Source of the DNA: an uncultured archaeon
GTDB lineage: Archaea > Asgardarchaeota > Lokiarchaeia > Sigyniarchaeales > SOKP01
DNA length: 64,000 nucleotides
Direction of reading: 5' to 3'
NCBI GenBank assembly: GCA_964508365.1
Contig: CAZDTP010000013.1
Location: 8,290 to 72,289 of the forward strand
In this document: positions 49,163-59,834 of the stretch, piece after piece
How the letters are laid out: every line of letters begins with the position of its first letter
How positions within the stretch are numbered: position 1 is the first letter of the stretch
The notes under the pieces: model-generated
What the model saw: only the letters and a program-made list of their open reading frames with translations
What the model was told of the DNA's origin: nothing
Database searches by the model: none
Made by a program: the position numbers and the translations under genes

Positions 49163-51418
49163 TTATACATTATTTTTAGTATCAACATTATATTCTTTAG
49201 GAATTGAAAAAAAGAAGGTTGTACCTTTTCCTACTTCGCTTTCAAACCATATTTCTCCACCATGCAGTTCGATTAATCTTTTAGTTAATGCCAAACCGAT
49301 TCCTGAACCAGGTACTGGTTTACTCTTATCGTTTTCTATTCTACCAAATTCTTTAAACACAATGTCGTAATCATTCTCAGCAATGCCAATTCCAGTATCT
49401 TGAATTTGGAACTCCCATAACCTATCTTTAACTCCACACTTTAAACTGATTTGTCCTTGTTCTGTAAATTTTATCGCGTTGTCAATTAAATTATATAAAA
49501 TTTGCTTAAATCGTAAAGGATCTGCTTTAATACGAGTATTTTCTTCTATATTAATTAAATTCAGTTTAATACCTTTCTTTATAAAAAGATGGTTTACAAT
49601 TGAACCGATTTCTTCAAGTATTGGTAATAGTTTAAAAGTTTCAATATTCAATTTAAATTTTCCCATATCTATAAAAGACAAATCAAGTATTGTATCGATT
49701 AATGACTTCAAGTGGTTTGCTTCAGATGAAACATCCGTGAGAAAATCAATCTGGTCGTTATTTAGAGGGCCATAACTCTTATCTAATATAAGAGATGTGA
49801 AGCCTATGATCGCATTCAGAGGAGTTCTCAACTCATGAGACATCATCGCTAGGAATTTGGATTTAAATTCCAAGGATGAGATTAATTGATCTAATAATTT
49901 TTGTCGTTCTCTTTCCGAGTTCTTACGCTCAGTTATATCTGAGAAAAAAGATTGGATTATAAGATTATCTGCGATGGCAATGATAGTTGATGTAATTTCG
50001 AGATCAATTTTTCTTCCATCCTTTCTCTTATTCGTAATTTCTACTTTAACTGGATCAGATGAATTATAAATATCTTCAGTATAATGCTTTGTTATTACAT
50101 CTGAAAAATCTGAGGTAATTAGATCAAAAATCATTAGATTTAATATTTCACCCAATTGATATTGAAAGAGCTTTAAAGCTTTTTGATTTGCTCTTATAAT
50201 TTTTCCAGTTTCATGGATTAAAAATATCGCTACAGGAGCATCTTCAATCAACACATTCATATCATGTAATGTTTGTTCTAGTCTTCTTAACTCCTGTTCT
50301 GATTGCTTAATTGCTGTGATATCTTCAATTAACACATAAATCAAGTCTTGGTTGCCAATATTGATTGAGGAAAAGTTTAACCTTACCCAAAGTAAAAATC
50401 GATTCTCTTTTAAATATCTAAGTTCCACGGGATTTGGAAAGTTTCCTTCAAGAATTTCACTGTGAAGTTTGTTAAACAAGTCTAAATTTTCTGGATTTAC
50501 CAAAGGTGTATCTCTATAGCCTTTATTTACAATCTCATCTTTGCTAAAACTAAATAGTTGCTCTAAGCTAGAATTACAATCAACAACCACACCTTGTTTA
50601 CTTAAAATCAAAAATGGATATGGTGAATTTTCGAAAAGATCACGATATCTTTTCTCAGATTCTTGTAATTTCAATTCATACATCCTGTGTTCAGAGACAT
50701 CTCTAATTGTTAATAAATCAACTCTTTCTCCTTCCCATTCTATTTCTACTGAATTTACTTCAGCAATTGCGATTTTACTAGGTTTGTGAATTACAGTTAT
50801 TTCTTTTGTGTCTGGACCAGTAGGATATCCAAACTGTTTACCAACAAAATCCTCCTTATTCCGATTAAAAAATTGCTCAGCAATAGGGTTTACAAATCTT
50901 ACGATGTTCCTTTTATCAACAATAATAATACTATCTGCATTTTTTTCAATAATTTTTTTTAACTGCGATTCATTTTTTTGCAGTGTTAGCATCAGCGCAT
51001 CAATCGTCCGATTCATTTTATTTCTTTCAATAGCATAAAAAATTGAGCGCACTAAAGAATTACTTTCGATTTGGTCTTTGATAAGATAATCTTGAGCTCC
51101 TGCTTGAACAGCTTTTCGAGCAAAATTTTCATCTGAAAAACCGGTAAGGACAATTATTGGAATATTATTTGTTTTTTCCCTTGTTCTCAGAATTGTTTCG
51201 AATCCAGAACTATCGGGAAGAGTAAGGTCTAATAGTATTATATCTAAATCATTTTCCTCAATATTTTTTAATCCATTTACAAGATTTTTAGAGAATGTTA
51301 TGTTGAAATTGAAATCCTCTGCGCTTTTCAATAATTCCTGTATTAAACGAGAATCTCCTGGATTATCCTCTATAAGTAGGATTGAAATAGTATTCTTTTC
51401 TGTCTCTTCAATTGACAT
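49163..51418 (-). CDS. Hybrid histidine kinase (REC-3xPAS-HisKA-HATPase)
   Basis: REC LLDLTLPD; PAS repeats; SHELRTPLNAIIG, NAIKFT, DTGIG, GSGIGL. Confidence 0.92.
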   Translation of the reverse strand: MSIEETEKNTISILLIEDNPGDSRLIQELLKSAEDFNFNITFSKNLVNGLKNIEENDLDIILLDLTLPDSSGFETILRTREKTNNIPIIVLTGFSDENFARKAVQAGAQDYLIKDQIESNSLVRSIFYAIERNKMNRTIDALMLTLQKNESQLKKIIEKNADSIIIVDKRNIVRFVNPIAEQFFNRNKEDFVGKQFGYPTGPDTKEITVIHKPSKIAIAEVNSVEIEWEGERVDLLTIRDVSEHRMYELKLQESEKRYRDLFENSPYPFLILSKQGVVVDCNSSLEQLFSFSKDEIVNKGYRDTPLVNPENLDLFNKLHSEILEGNFPNPVELRYLKENRFLLWVRLNFSSINIGNQDLIYVLIEDITAIKQSEQELRRLEQTLHDMNVLIEDAPVAIFLIHETGKIIRANQKALKLFQYQLGEILNLMIFDLITSDFSDVITKHYTEDIYNSSDPVKVEITNKRKDGRKIDLEITSTIIAIADNLIIQSFFSDITERKNSERERQKLLDQLISSLEFKSKFLAMMSHELRTPLNAIIGFTSLILDKSYGPLNNDQIDFLTDVSSEANHLKSLIDTILDLSFIDMGKFKLNIETFKLLPILEEIGSIVNHLFIKKGIKLNLINIEENTRIKADPLRFKQILYNLIDNAIKFTEQGQISLKCGVKDRLWEFQIQDTGIGIAENDYDIVFKEFGRIENDKSKPVPGSGIGLALTKRLIELHGGEIWFESEVGKGTTFFFSIPKEYNVDTKNNV

Positions 51419-51611
51419 GTTAAAGCATGTAACTTCTTTGTATTATTTAGAAAATGCTATTATTATCTCACTATCAAGTAGGATTTCAACAGCTTTAAAT
51501 TTATTTCCAATATTCATGTTTTATTACTTCTCTTTTTTTTTATATTAATTTTAATGATTACCATTTAATTAAACTTAAATAATTGATAGTTAAGATGTAA
51601 TTGATGGTATT

Positions 51612-53879
51612 TTACTTTGTTTTATCTAAATCTTGTTCTCTTGGAATCGAAAAGAAAAATGTCGAGCCTTTTTCAAGTTTAGATTCAACCCATAACTTTC
51701 CTCCGTGACGTTGGATTATTTTTTTACATACTGCTAATCCTATTCCAGTTCCGGGATACTCTCCTTTTGTATGTAGACGTTGAAATATTATGAATATGCG
51801 TTCAAAGTTTTTTGAATCGATACCAATCCCATTATCTTGAACTGTGAAAAGCCATTCATTATTTTTCGTCTCTCCTGAAATTTTAATCTTAGGAGGCTCC
51901 GATCTCTTAAATTTAATTGCATTAGCAATTAAGTTTTGAAAAAGCTGTATCATTTGGGTTTCGTCAGCGATAATAACTGGTAAGGGTTCGCTCGTAATTA
52001 CCGCATTAGAATCGCTTACAGATTCCCGTAAAATATTCAAGACTACTTCTAAGATAATATTCATATCTGTTGGTTTAAATACCTTTCCTCGAGTTCCAAC
52101 TCTGGAGAACATTAATAAATCGTTAATTAGATTTTGCATTCTGGTCGCACCATCGACAATAAAATCGATAAAGTCATGCGCCTCTTTATCCAGGATATCC
52201 TTATAGCGTTTTTGAAGTAATTTAGCAAATCCTGAAACCATTCGAAGCGGTTCATGAAGATCGTGTGAAGCGATGTAGGCAAATACCTCAAGTTCTGCAT
52301 TAGAGCGCTTAATTTCTTCTAAAGCTTTAGCTATTTCCTCTTCCGCTTTCTTACGGTGGGTGATATCAATAAACGAAGCTAGCACAGATATAGGATTAGA
52401 ATACATATCATAAATCATACTTGCTGAAAGTTGGACATAAAATATTGAGCCGTCCTTTTTCTGAGCACTGAGTTCACCATCCCAATTTCCAATTTTTTGA
52501 ATGTGGGCAATTATTTCGTTAACTTTCTCTTTTGGTTGCCAAAACACTCTACTATTTTTGCCTAAAATTTCTGTATCGGTTGAATAACCCCAAAATTTAA
52601 GAAATGAAGGATTCACATAAGTTAAAACTCCTTTTAAGTTGGTAATAGCAATAGCGTTAATGGACGATCTTATCGCAGATTCTTTGATCCTTAATTCCTG
52701 TTCAAATTGTTTGCGCTCAGTGATGTCTATTACAATTGAACGAGATTCAATAGTGTTACCTTTAGCATCCAATACTGGTTTCGAAGACATACTTATCCAG
52801 ATGTGATTGCCATTTTTAGTTTTCATTAGGAGTTCTTCATCATAAATCTCCTCACCGCTCAAAAACCTGTTAAAAACGCCTATCGCTTTTTCTATACCAT
52901 TTTTTGTATCAGCGTATAAATCAAAAACAGTCATGTGTAATAATTCTTCTTTAGAATAGTTCAGAAGTCTCTCCGCTGCTTTGTTGCATCTTTTAATTGA
53001 TTTATCGGGACCAATTGAGAAATAAGCGTGGGGAGCCTCTTCAAATAACTCTCGATATTTTTCTTCTGATTCTTGTAATTGATCCTGTATTACCTTTATA
53101 TCTGTTATATCTCTTCCAACAACTAACGATTTTTTAGAGCCGTTTTTATCATAATATGTTTTTCCTCTAAATTCAAACCATATATAATGCCCTTTTTCAT
53201 GCTTATATCGTATATGTAGTTTATAAGGCCCCCCTTTATATCCCTCTCTAATGGCCGACCCAAGAATCTTACGATCATCTTGATGAATTATGGAAAATAA
53301 AAAATCCTGTTTCCAAAAAAGATGAGCAGAATACCCTAGAATTCTTTCATGAGTTTCCCCATTAACATATTCTATTTCCATCTTTTCATTATAAGCTAAT
53401 ATTAAATCATCGGAACCTTCAGATATTAATCTATATTTCTCTTCAGATTCTTTTAAGCGTTTTTCTGACAATATTCGGTCAGTTATATCTCTTGAGATTG
53501 TTATTACTTTTAATAGACCATCAGAATTTTTAAAGACTGATGCTTTAGTTTCTACCCAAATATATTTTCCATTTTTGTGTCGAAGCTTTAATTCCCCAGT
53601 TGATCCGCCCTTTTTAAAACCTCGTCTTAATATGTTGTGAGATATTTTATAATCTTCTGGATTAATAATATCATAATGTGCTTTCCCCAATATATCCTCG
53701 TTAGAATAGCCTAGAATTTTTTGATAAGCTTTTTCATTTATATATTCATATTCAAATTTATTATTTAAAACAGCAAATAAATCATTTGCATTCTCAGAAA
53801 TAAGGCGATATTTTTCCTCAGATTCTATTAATTTTTGTTCCTTTTTTTTAACTATATTACTCTCCATCTTAAATTTCAA
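51612..53879 (-). CDS. 4xPAS histidine kinase with Cph1/phytochrome-type kinase core
   Basis: Repeated ESEEKYR...DIT PAS/PAC units; ASHDLHEPLRMV, NAIKF, GTGIGL. Confidence 0.92.
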   Translation of the reverse strand: MKFKMESNIVKKKEQKLIESEEKYRLISENANDLFAVLNNKFEYEYINEKAYQKILGYSNEDILGKAHYDIINPEDYKISHNILRRGFKKGGSTGELKLRHKNGKYIWVETKASVFKNSDGLLKVITISRDITDRILSEKRLKESEEKYRLISEGSDDLILAYNEKMEIEYVNGETHERILGYSAHLFWKQDFLFSIIHQDDRKILGSAIREGYKGGPYKLHIRYKHEKGHYIWFEFRGKTYYDKNGSKKSLVVGRDITDIKVIQDQLQESEEKYRELFEEAPHAYFSIGPDKSIKRCNKAAERLLNYSKEELLHMTVFDLYADTKNGIEKAIGVFNRFLSGEEIYDEELLMKTKNGNHIWISMSSKPVLDAKGNTIESRSIVIDITERKQFEQELRIKESAIRSSINAIAITNLKGVLTYVNPSFLKFWGYSTDTEILGKNSRVFWQPKEKVNEIIAHIQKIGNWDGELSAQKKDGSIFYVQLSASMIYDMYSNPISVLASFIDITHRKKAEEEIAKALEEIKRSNAELEVFAYIASHDLHEPLRMVSGFAKLLQKRYKDILDKEAHDFIDFIVDGATRMQNLINDLLMFSRVGTRGKVFKPTDMNIILEVVLNILRESVSDSNAVITSEPLPVIIADETQMIQLFQNLIANAIKFKRSEPPKIKISGETKNNEWLFTVQDNGIGIDSKNFERIFIIFQRLHTKGEYPGTGIGLAVCKKIIQRHGGKLWVESKLEKGSTFFFSIPREQDLDKTK

Positions 53880-53973
53880 GCCCCCTCATTTCTTACGATT
53901 TTCTTCAATATCTTACCTTTTATAATTTTTGAAATTAATATTTCGTTCTCATCATTTAATTACTCATAATAAT

Positions 53974-54441
53974 TCATTGAGAATTTTTATTTGGTGGTAG
54001 TTTAACAATGGAAAACCAAAAAGCATCAATAGATTTTACAACTTTGATAAATTGCTCCATATCAACAGGTTTGGTGATATAACAATTCGCATGGAGCTCA
54101 TATGTTTTGATAATGTCCTCTTCTGCGTTAGATACTGTAAGAATTACTACAGGAATTTGTTTAAGATGTATATCCTGCTTTATTTCAGCCAACACTTCAC
54201 GACCATTTTTCTTTGGCAAATTTATATCTAAGAGGATCAGGTCTGGACGTTTCACGCCCTTAAAATTCCCTTTTTTTCTTAAATAAGCTAAGGCTTCTAT
54301 ACCATCTTCGACTACATTAAGATTATTAATAATTTTAGCTTCTTTCATAGCTTCTTTTGTTAAACGAATGTCACCAAGATTATCTTCTACCAGTAAAATC
54401 TCAACCTGTTTAATTTTTTTGTTAATATTCATTTTTTTCAC
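53974..54441 (-). CDS. Single-domain response regulator (Rcp1-like)
   Basis: LLVEDN, LILLDINLPKKNGREVL, ANCYITKPVD. Confidence 0.92.
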   Translation of the reverse strand: MKKMNINKKIKQVEILLVEDNLGDIRLTKEAMKEAKIINNLNVVEDGIEALAYLRKKGNFKGVKRPDLILLDINLPKKNGREVLAEIKQDIHLKQIPVVILTVSNAEEDIIKTYELHANCYITKPVDMEQFIKVVKSIDAFWFSIVKLPPNKNSQ

Positions 54442-54577
54442 ATATTTATTTTCTTTTATAACAATACTCTATTTAATTTCAGATGTGGCTTAGTTATTTT
54501 TACTCATTTCTCATATAGGATTTAACAAATTTATTAATATTTCAAGTAATGACATTTTAATTTGTTGAAATTTATTG

Positions 54578-56863
54578 TTAAAATTCATAATTTCTGACTG
54601 ACTTTTTCGGGATTGAAAAATAAAAAGTGGAACCTTTTCCCACTTCTGATTCCACCCAAATCTTACCATCATGACGTTCAATTATCTTTTTACATATAGC
54701 CAATCCTATCCCAGTACCTTCATATTCCTCTTTTTTATGTAAACGCTGAAAAATAATAAAAATCCGATCGAAAAATTGGGAATCAATCCCAATTCCATTG
54801 TCGCGAACGGAAAATATCCACTGGTTTTTTTGAAGCTTTGCAGAAATATGCACAACTGGGGTTTCCTCCTTCCTATGGAATTTTATAGCATTATAAATTA
54901 GATTTTGAAGTAATTGTACAAATTCTGCTTTATTTCCAATTAGTATGGGTAGAGGATCGTGAGTAATTTTTGCATTAGTTTCTTCAATTTTTATTCTAAA
55001 GTTACTAATAACATCTTCTAGGATGATATTTACATCAAGCTGACTAAATTCCTTTTCTTTTCTCCCAATTCGCGAATAAAATAATAGATCTGTTATCATT
55101 AATTGCATTCTTTTTGCTCCTTCTACGATAAAAGTGATAAACTCATTAGCATCTTCATCTAATTTGTCTTTATAACGTTTCTCAAGCAATTGTATAAAAC
55201 TTGTAATCATTCGAAGTGGTTCTTGTAGATCGTGAGAAGCTACATAAGCAAATCTTTCGAGTTCACTATTTACTTCTTTCAAATTTTCTAGAGTTGAAAG
55301 GAGATCCTGTTCACCCTTCTTAAGCTCAGTAATATCGTCCCCGGAACTTAGGGTTCCAATTATTTCTCCGTTATTATCATATAATAAAGAGCTATGCCAA
55401 GCAATTATTATTTCCTCCCCACTTTTAGTTAAAATAGAGTTTTCATAAAATTCCGTATTTTCAGTTTCATTCCGCATTAAATTTTTAAAAATTTCATATA
55501 TTTCTTTAGGATTTTCTTTAGGGATATAGATATCAAACCAATTTCTGCCTATTAATTCACCTTCGGTATATTGTAATATCTCGTAACCTTTTTTATTTAA
55601 CATCACTATATTACCCCTTTTATCAAGAACAACGAGAATTACACCAGCAATGTCAAGATATTTTTTTATCTTTTCAGTTTCTTCGATTAATTTTAGTTCC
55701 ACTTTCTTACGCTCAGTAAAATCTTGGTTGATCGTTACAACTCCTTGAATTTTTTCCATATTATCCCTAATTAAAGTTGAGGATGAAAATATGTTAATTA
55801 AAGTATTATCCCTCTTTTTCTGATTGATTTCACCCTTCCAAAATCCATTTTCAAAAATCTGTTCATTAACTTCCCCTTTTTGAGCGTAAGGGTATTCTTC
55901 TGGAATTATTTCTGGCAGTGATTTACCAATTACCTCGTCTGAATTCCAACCATACATATTTTCTGCTGCTTTGTTCCATGATTTAATCTTAAGATTTTTA
56001 TCCGTGGATATTATAGCATCTGAAACGTTCTCCACAAGTAGTGCCTGATATGCCAATTCTTGCTCTAATTTCTTTTTCGAGGTAATGAGACGTTGTTTTT
56101 CAAACACAGTACTGATTTTATTTAGGATATCATCTATTTCCAGTGGTTTCATAATATAGGCCGATGCTCCTTCGTTTAAAGCCCGTATCACGGTTTCAAG
56201 AGAACTATAGGCGGTCATCATCATCGTTTCCATATCAGGATGCATTTTTTTCAACGGTACAAGTAGCTCTATCCCTTCAACATCGGGAAGCTTAATGTCC
56301 AGAAGAACCAAATTAAAACTGTTATTCCGAGCTATCTCTAACGCTTCATATCCAGTTCCTGCTGTTTGTACATTATAACCTTTTTTATTAAATATTAATG
56401 CCAATGTCTTACAAGTGTTTTCATCGTCATCAACAATCAATATATTCTCATTTGTGGTAATATCATTACTTTTTTGACTCTGTTTCTTAAATTTCTGCTC
56501 TTCTATAAAAACACGGATTGCATTTAAACTATCATCCATTTTAAGGGGTTTGGTGATATAGGAAGACGCACCGTGATTAAGAGCATATATCGCAGTTTCT
56601 AAAGTACCCATCTCCGTGATCATCATTATATCCATAAAAGGACGAGTTTTTTTCAAAGGTCCAAGTAGCTCTACGCCTTCTATATCAGGAAGCTTGACAT
56701 CTAAGATAGCCAGATTGAAATCTCTTTTCTTTACCTTCTCTAGCGCCTCATGACCTGTTCCTACTGTTTCTACCTCATACCCTTGCTTTTTAAATATGAG
56801 TGCCAATGTTTTACAAGTACTTTCATCTTCATCAATTATTATAATACGTTCTTTAGATTCCAA
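54578..56863 (-). CDS. Hybrid histidine kinase (2xREC-2xPAS-HisKA-HATPase)
   Basis: Two REC domains (LDVKLPD, LDIKLPD); ASHDLQEPLRMI; GTGIGL. Confidence 0.92.
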   Translation of the reverse strand: MESKERIIIIDEDESTCKTLALIFKKQGYEVETVGTGHEALEKVKKRDFNLAILDVKLPDIEGVELLGPLKKTRPFMDIMMITEMGTLETAIYALNHGASSYITKPLKMDDSLNAIRVFIEEQKFKKQSQKSNDITTNENILIVDDDENTCKTLALIFNKKGYNVQTAGTGYEALEIARNNSFNLVLLDIKLPDVEGIELLVPLKKMHPDMETMMMTAYSSLETVIRALNEGASAYIMKPLEIDDILNKISTVFEKQRLITSKKKLEQELAYQALLVENVSDAIISTDKNLKIKSWNKAAENMYGWNSDEVIGKSLPEIIPEEYPYAQKGEVNEQIFENGFWKGEINQKKRDNTLINIFSSSTLIRDNMEKIQGVVTINQDFTERKKVELKLIEETEKIKKYLDIAGVILVVLDKRGNIVMLNKKGYEILQYTEGELIGRNWFDIYIPKENPKEIYEIFKNLMRNETENTEFYENSILTKSGEEIIIAWHSSLLYDNNGEIIGTLSSGDDITELKKGEQDLLSTLENLKEVNSELERFAYVASHDLQEPLRMITSFIQLLEKRYKDKLDEDANEFITFIVEGAKRMQLMITDLLFYSRIGRKEKEFSQLDVNIILEDVISNFRIKIEETNAKITHDPLPILIGNKAEFVQLLQNLIYNAIKFHRKEETPVVHISAKLQKNQWIFSVRDNGIGIDSQFFDRIFIIFQRLHKKEEYEGTGIGLAICKKIIERHDGKIWVESEVGKGSTFYFSIPKKSVRNYEF

Positions 56864-56894
56864 TTCTTGTTTTCCTCCAGAGAGATTCTGCTTT

Positions 56895-57635
56895 TTATTT
56901 TTTCTTTAAAACTTCGTTAATTAATACAAGCATATCTTCGATATTTATTGGTTTATTAAGACACGTATAAGCGCTATTATCCATAGCATCTTGGACTAAC
57001 TCCTCCATTTCCTGAGAGTACGCAGTAATCATAATCGCTACTATTTTAGGATTTATCTTTTTAAGTGCTAAAAAAGTTTCCAGACCGTTTAAGGTCGGTA
57101 ACTTCATGTCGATAAAAATAAGATCAAATGGTTTCTCCAACACTTTTTTAATGGCATCCTCACCGGTATTAGAAATACCCACTTCATAACCCTTCTTGAT
57201 GAGAATATTTTTTAATGTACTACAAGTCCCTGGATCGTCGTCAACGATCAAAATTAATCCCCCCTGTTTAGTATCTTTGGAATTTTCGATAAGAGAGAGG
57301 ATATTTTCAAAATTTAAGGGTTTATATATGACTCCATATGCTCCTTCCTTAAGTGCGTCTTGAATTAAATCTTCAACAGCATAAGCAGTCATCATTATTA
57401 TTATTATTTTATCATTAATCTCTCTGATTTTTTTATAGGTTTCTACACCGTTTAGTACTGGCATTTTAATATCCATAAAAATTATATCAAAGAACTCATT
57501 TTTAACTCTGTCAATAGCCTCAAAACCATCATTTGCAATCGAAACGTCGTATCCTTTACGCTTTAAGACGAGAGACATAGTTTTGCAGAGGCTGAGATTA
57601 TCATCTACAATTAAAATCTTAGCTTTTTGTGTCAT
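56895..57635 (-). CDS. Tandem REC-REC response regulator
   Basis: MDIKMP and IDMKLP phosphoacceptor motifs; no output domain. Confidence 0.9.
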   Translation of the reverse strand: MTQKAKILIVDDNLSLCKTMSLVLKRKGYDVSIANDGFEAIDRVKNEFFDIIFMDIKMPVLNGVETYKKIREINDKIIIIMMTAYAVEDLIQDALKEGAYGVIYKPLNFENILSLIENSKDTKQGGLILIVDDDPGTCSTLKNILIKKGYEVGISNTGEDAIKKVLEKPFDLIFIDMKLPTLNGLETFLALKKINPKIVAIMITAYSQEMEELVQDAMDNSAYTCLNKPINIEDMLVLINEVLKKK

Positions 57636-57636
57636 T

Positions 57637-59487
57637 TTATTCCGTCACCTTTCTATTAATAGGTAATTTTATCAAGAAAGTAGTGCCTCTTCCGAGTTCA
57701 CTTTGGACTTCGATAATGCCTCTATGTTTATCTATAATAGTTTTACAGATAGCTAGCCCTAAACCGATGCCTTTAGCTTTAGTTGTGAAGAGCGGTGTAA
57801 ATAATTTCTTTAAGTTCTCTTCAGAGATACCCTCTCCCGAGTCATTGAAAGAGATAGATAGAAAATCTTGATTTTGAACTTCAGATTTAACTATTAATTG
57901 CCCACCCTTAGACATCGCTTGAATAGCATTTAGGGTAATGTTTCCGAAGACTTGCCCTAGTAGGTCGGGGTCGGCTAAGACATATGGTAAAGAGTTACCT
58001 AGCTTGTCAATCAATTCAACATTTCTTGGTATTAAAGAACGAGAAAATACATTTCGAATAATGTCATTAATCGCAACTTTCCGTACTACAAGAGATTTCG
58101 GGTGAGCGTAACTTAAAAGACTATAAATTATCTTTTCGGATGAAATTACTTCCCTCTCCAATATTTCTAAGGTCTCCTTCACTTCAGGTTCGGGTTTTTC
58201 TAGAACCATGTTGAGAAAGTATATAGCGTTCTTGATCGCTCCTAAAGGGTTGCGAAGCTCATGACCTATTCCCCCAGCAAGTTTCCCTAACACAATAAAT
58301 TTCTTATTCCTGTCCAATTCATCTTTAATTTCTTGACTTTTTTTCTTTATCTTTTTACGTTCGGTGATATCTCGCGCGATTGTTGAGGCACCAATAATAT
58401 TACCAGCGATATCCTTGATTGGAGATATTGTCAGGGAGATATTGACTTCCTCGCCGTCCTTTCTCACACGCACAGTTTCATAATGTTCAATGTGGTCTCC
58501 CACTTTAATTTTTTCGAGAATGCCCAGCAATTCATTAGGTTGACCGAACGGAACAAGTATGGAGATAGACTTTCCTATGATCTCTTGGGACATATACCCA
58601 TAGATTCTCTCCGCACTTTTGTTCCAACTAATAATCGTCCCGTCTAATGTCTTTCCGATGATTGCGTCATCTGAATTTTCCACAATGGCAGCTAATTTAA
58701 ACAATGCTTCCTCCTTCTCTTTGCGTTCAGTGATATCTCGTAGTACTTCTAAATACACTTTCTTACCATTGTAATTTTCTATTGACGAAGTAATTGTATC
58801 AAAAAATTTAATTTTATTAGATATTGGAGAAAGTATCTGTTGTTCTGAACGTACTTGACATAAATTGTTTTTCGATAGAATTTGAAGTGAGCAATTGTCA
58901 CAAACTTGTTCTCTACCTTTAATTACCTCAAAACAATTTCTTCCATTCAAATCGTCTCCAAATATATCATGAGCATTTTCGTTTTTAAACAAAATTTTAT
59001 AATCTTCGGATATTACAAAAATATTATCTTTTAAGTTAGAAAATATACTATTCAATTGGTTTTGATTCTGATTCGATTTCTGTTCTGCTTTAACTTGCGC
59101 GGTAACATCTGTTGAAAACCCTATTATTCCTATAGATTTATTATTTTCGTCAAATAAGGGTATTTTACTTGAATTAACCCATCTTATGCCTTCTGTTACA
59201 TCCCATGGCTCTATAAAATTAAGCTTAGGTTTTTTACTTTTAATTACTTTTAAATCGTCATCAAAATATTTTTGTGCTTCATCTTTCGGATAAATGTCAA
59301 AACAATTTTTCCCTGCGAGCTTATCTTTTGTTGTTTTATGTGCATCAGCAAAATACTTGTTAACTCGAATTAGATTGTTTTTTTCATCTTTATAAAAAAC
59401 TAATCCTGGAATATTATCCAATATCATTTCTATCTCTTCGAAACTTCTTACATAGCCATTTTTCGTGCTTTTTTTAGAATTTACCAT
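57637..59487 (-). CDS. 3xPAS histidine kinase (NtrB-like core)
   Basis: PAS repeats; GHELRNPLGAI, NAIQAM, DSGEG, FTTKAKGIGLGL. Confidence 0.92.
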   Translation of the reverse strand: MVNSKKSTKNGYVRSFEEIEMILDNIPGLVFYKDEKNNLIRVNKYFADAHKTTKDKLAGKNCFDIYPKDEAQKYFDDDLKVIKSKKPKLNFIEPWDVTEGIRWVNSSKIPLFDENNKSIGIIGFSTDVTAQVKAEQKSNQNQNQLNSIFSNLKDNIFVISEDYKILFKNENAHDIFGDDLNGRNCFEVIKGREQVCDNCSLQILSKNNLCQVRSEQQILSPISNKIKFFDTITSSIENYNGKKVYLEVLRDITERKEKEEALFKLAAIVENSDDAIIGKTLDGTIISWNKSAERIYGYMSQEIIGKSISILVPFGQPNELLGILEKIKVGDHIEHYETVRVRKDGEEVNISLTISPIKDIAGNIIGASTIARDITERKKIKKKSQEIKDELDRNKKFIVLGKLAGGIGHELRNPLGAIKNAIYFLNMVLEKPEPEVKETLEILEREVISSEKIIYSLLSYAHPKSLVVRKVAINDIIRNVFSRSLIPRNVELIDKLGNSLPYVLADPDLLGQVFGNITLNAIQAMSKGGQLIVKSEVQNQDFLSISFNDSGEGISEENLKKLFTPLFTTKAKGIGLGLAICKTIIDKHRGIIEVQSELGRGTTFLIKLPINRKVTE

Positions 59488-59834
59488 CTCAATCTCTCTT
59501 ATTTTTGTGTTCTTTTATAAACGCGATATAGATTTGTAGGTGTAAATTTAAAAAAATATGTACCTATCTTGTTTATTGTACAAAAAGTAGAAGTATATAC
59601 ATATAAATTTAATTTATAATGTAAAAAAAAAAATTTTGTTAAGTATTCACTAATATATTTTCTTTTAGGTAATATTACTTTAGGTAAAGTACAAATAGAA
59701 TCTAATTGAACCATTATTTTAAATACTAATATTTCTTTATAGTTTTTGGTATAACTATATAGAAAAGTTTATATTCTATAATAAGATAAGCTATTAACGT
59801 AATTTTTATTTTAACTAATATTTAAGGGTTGAAT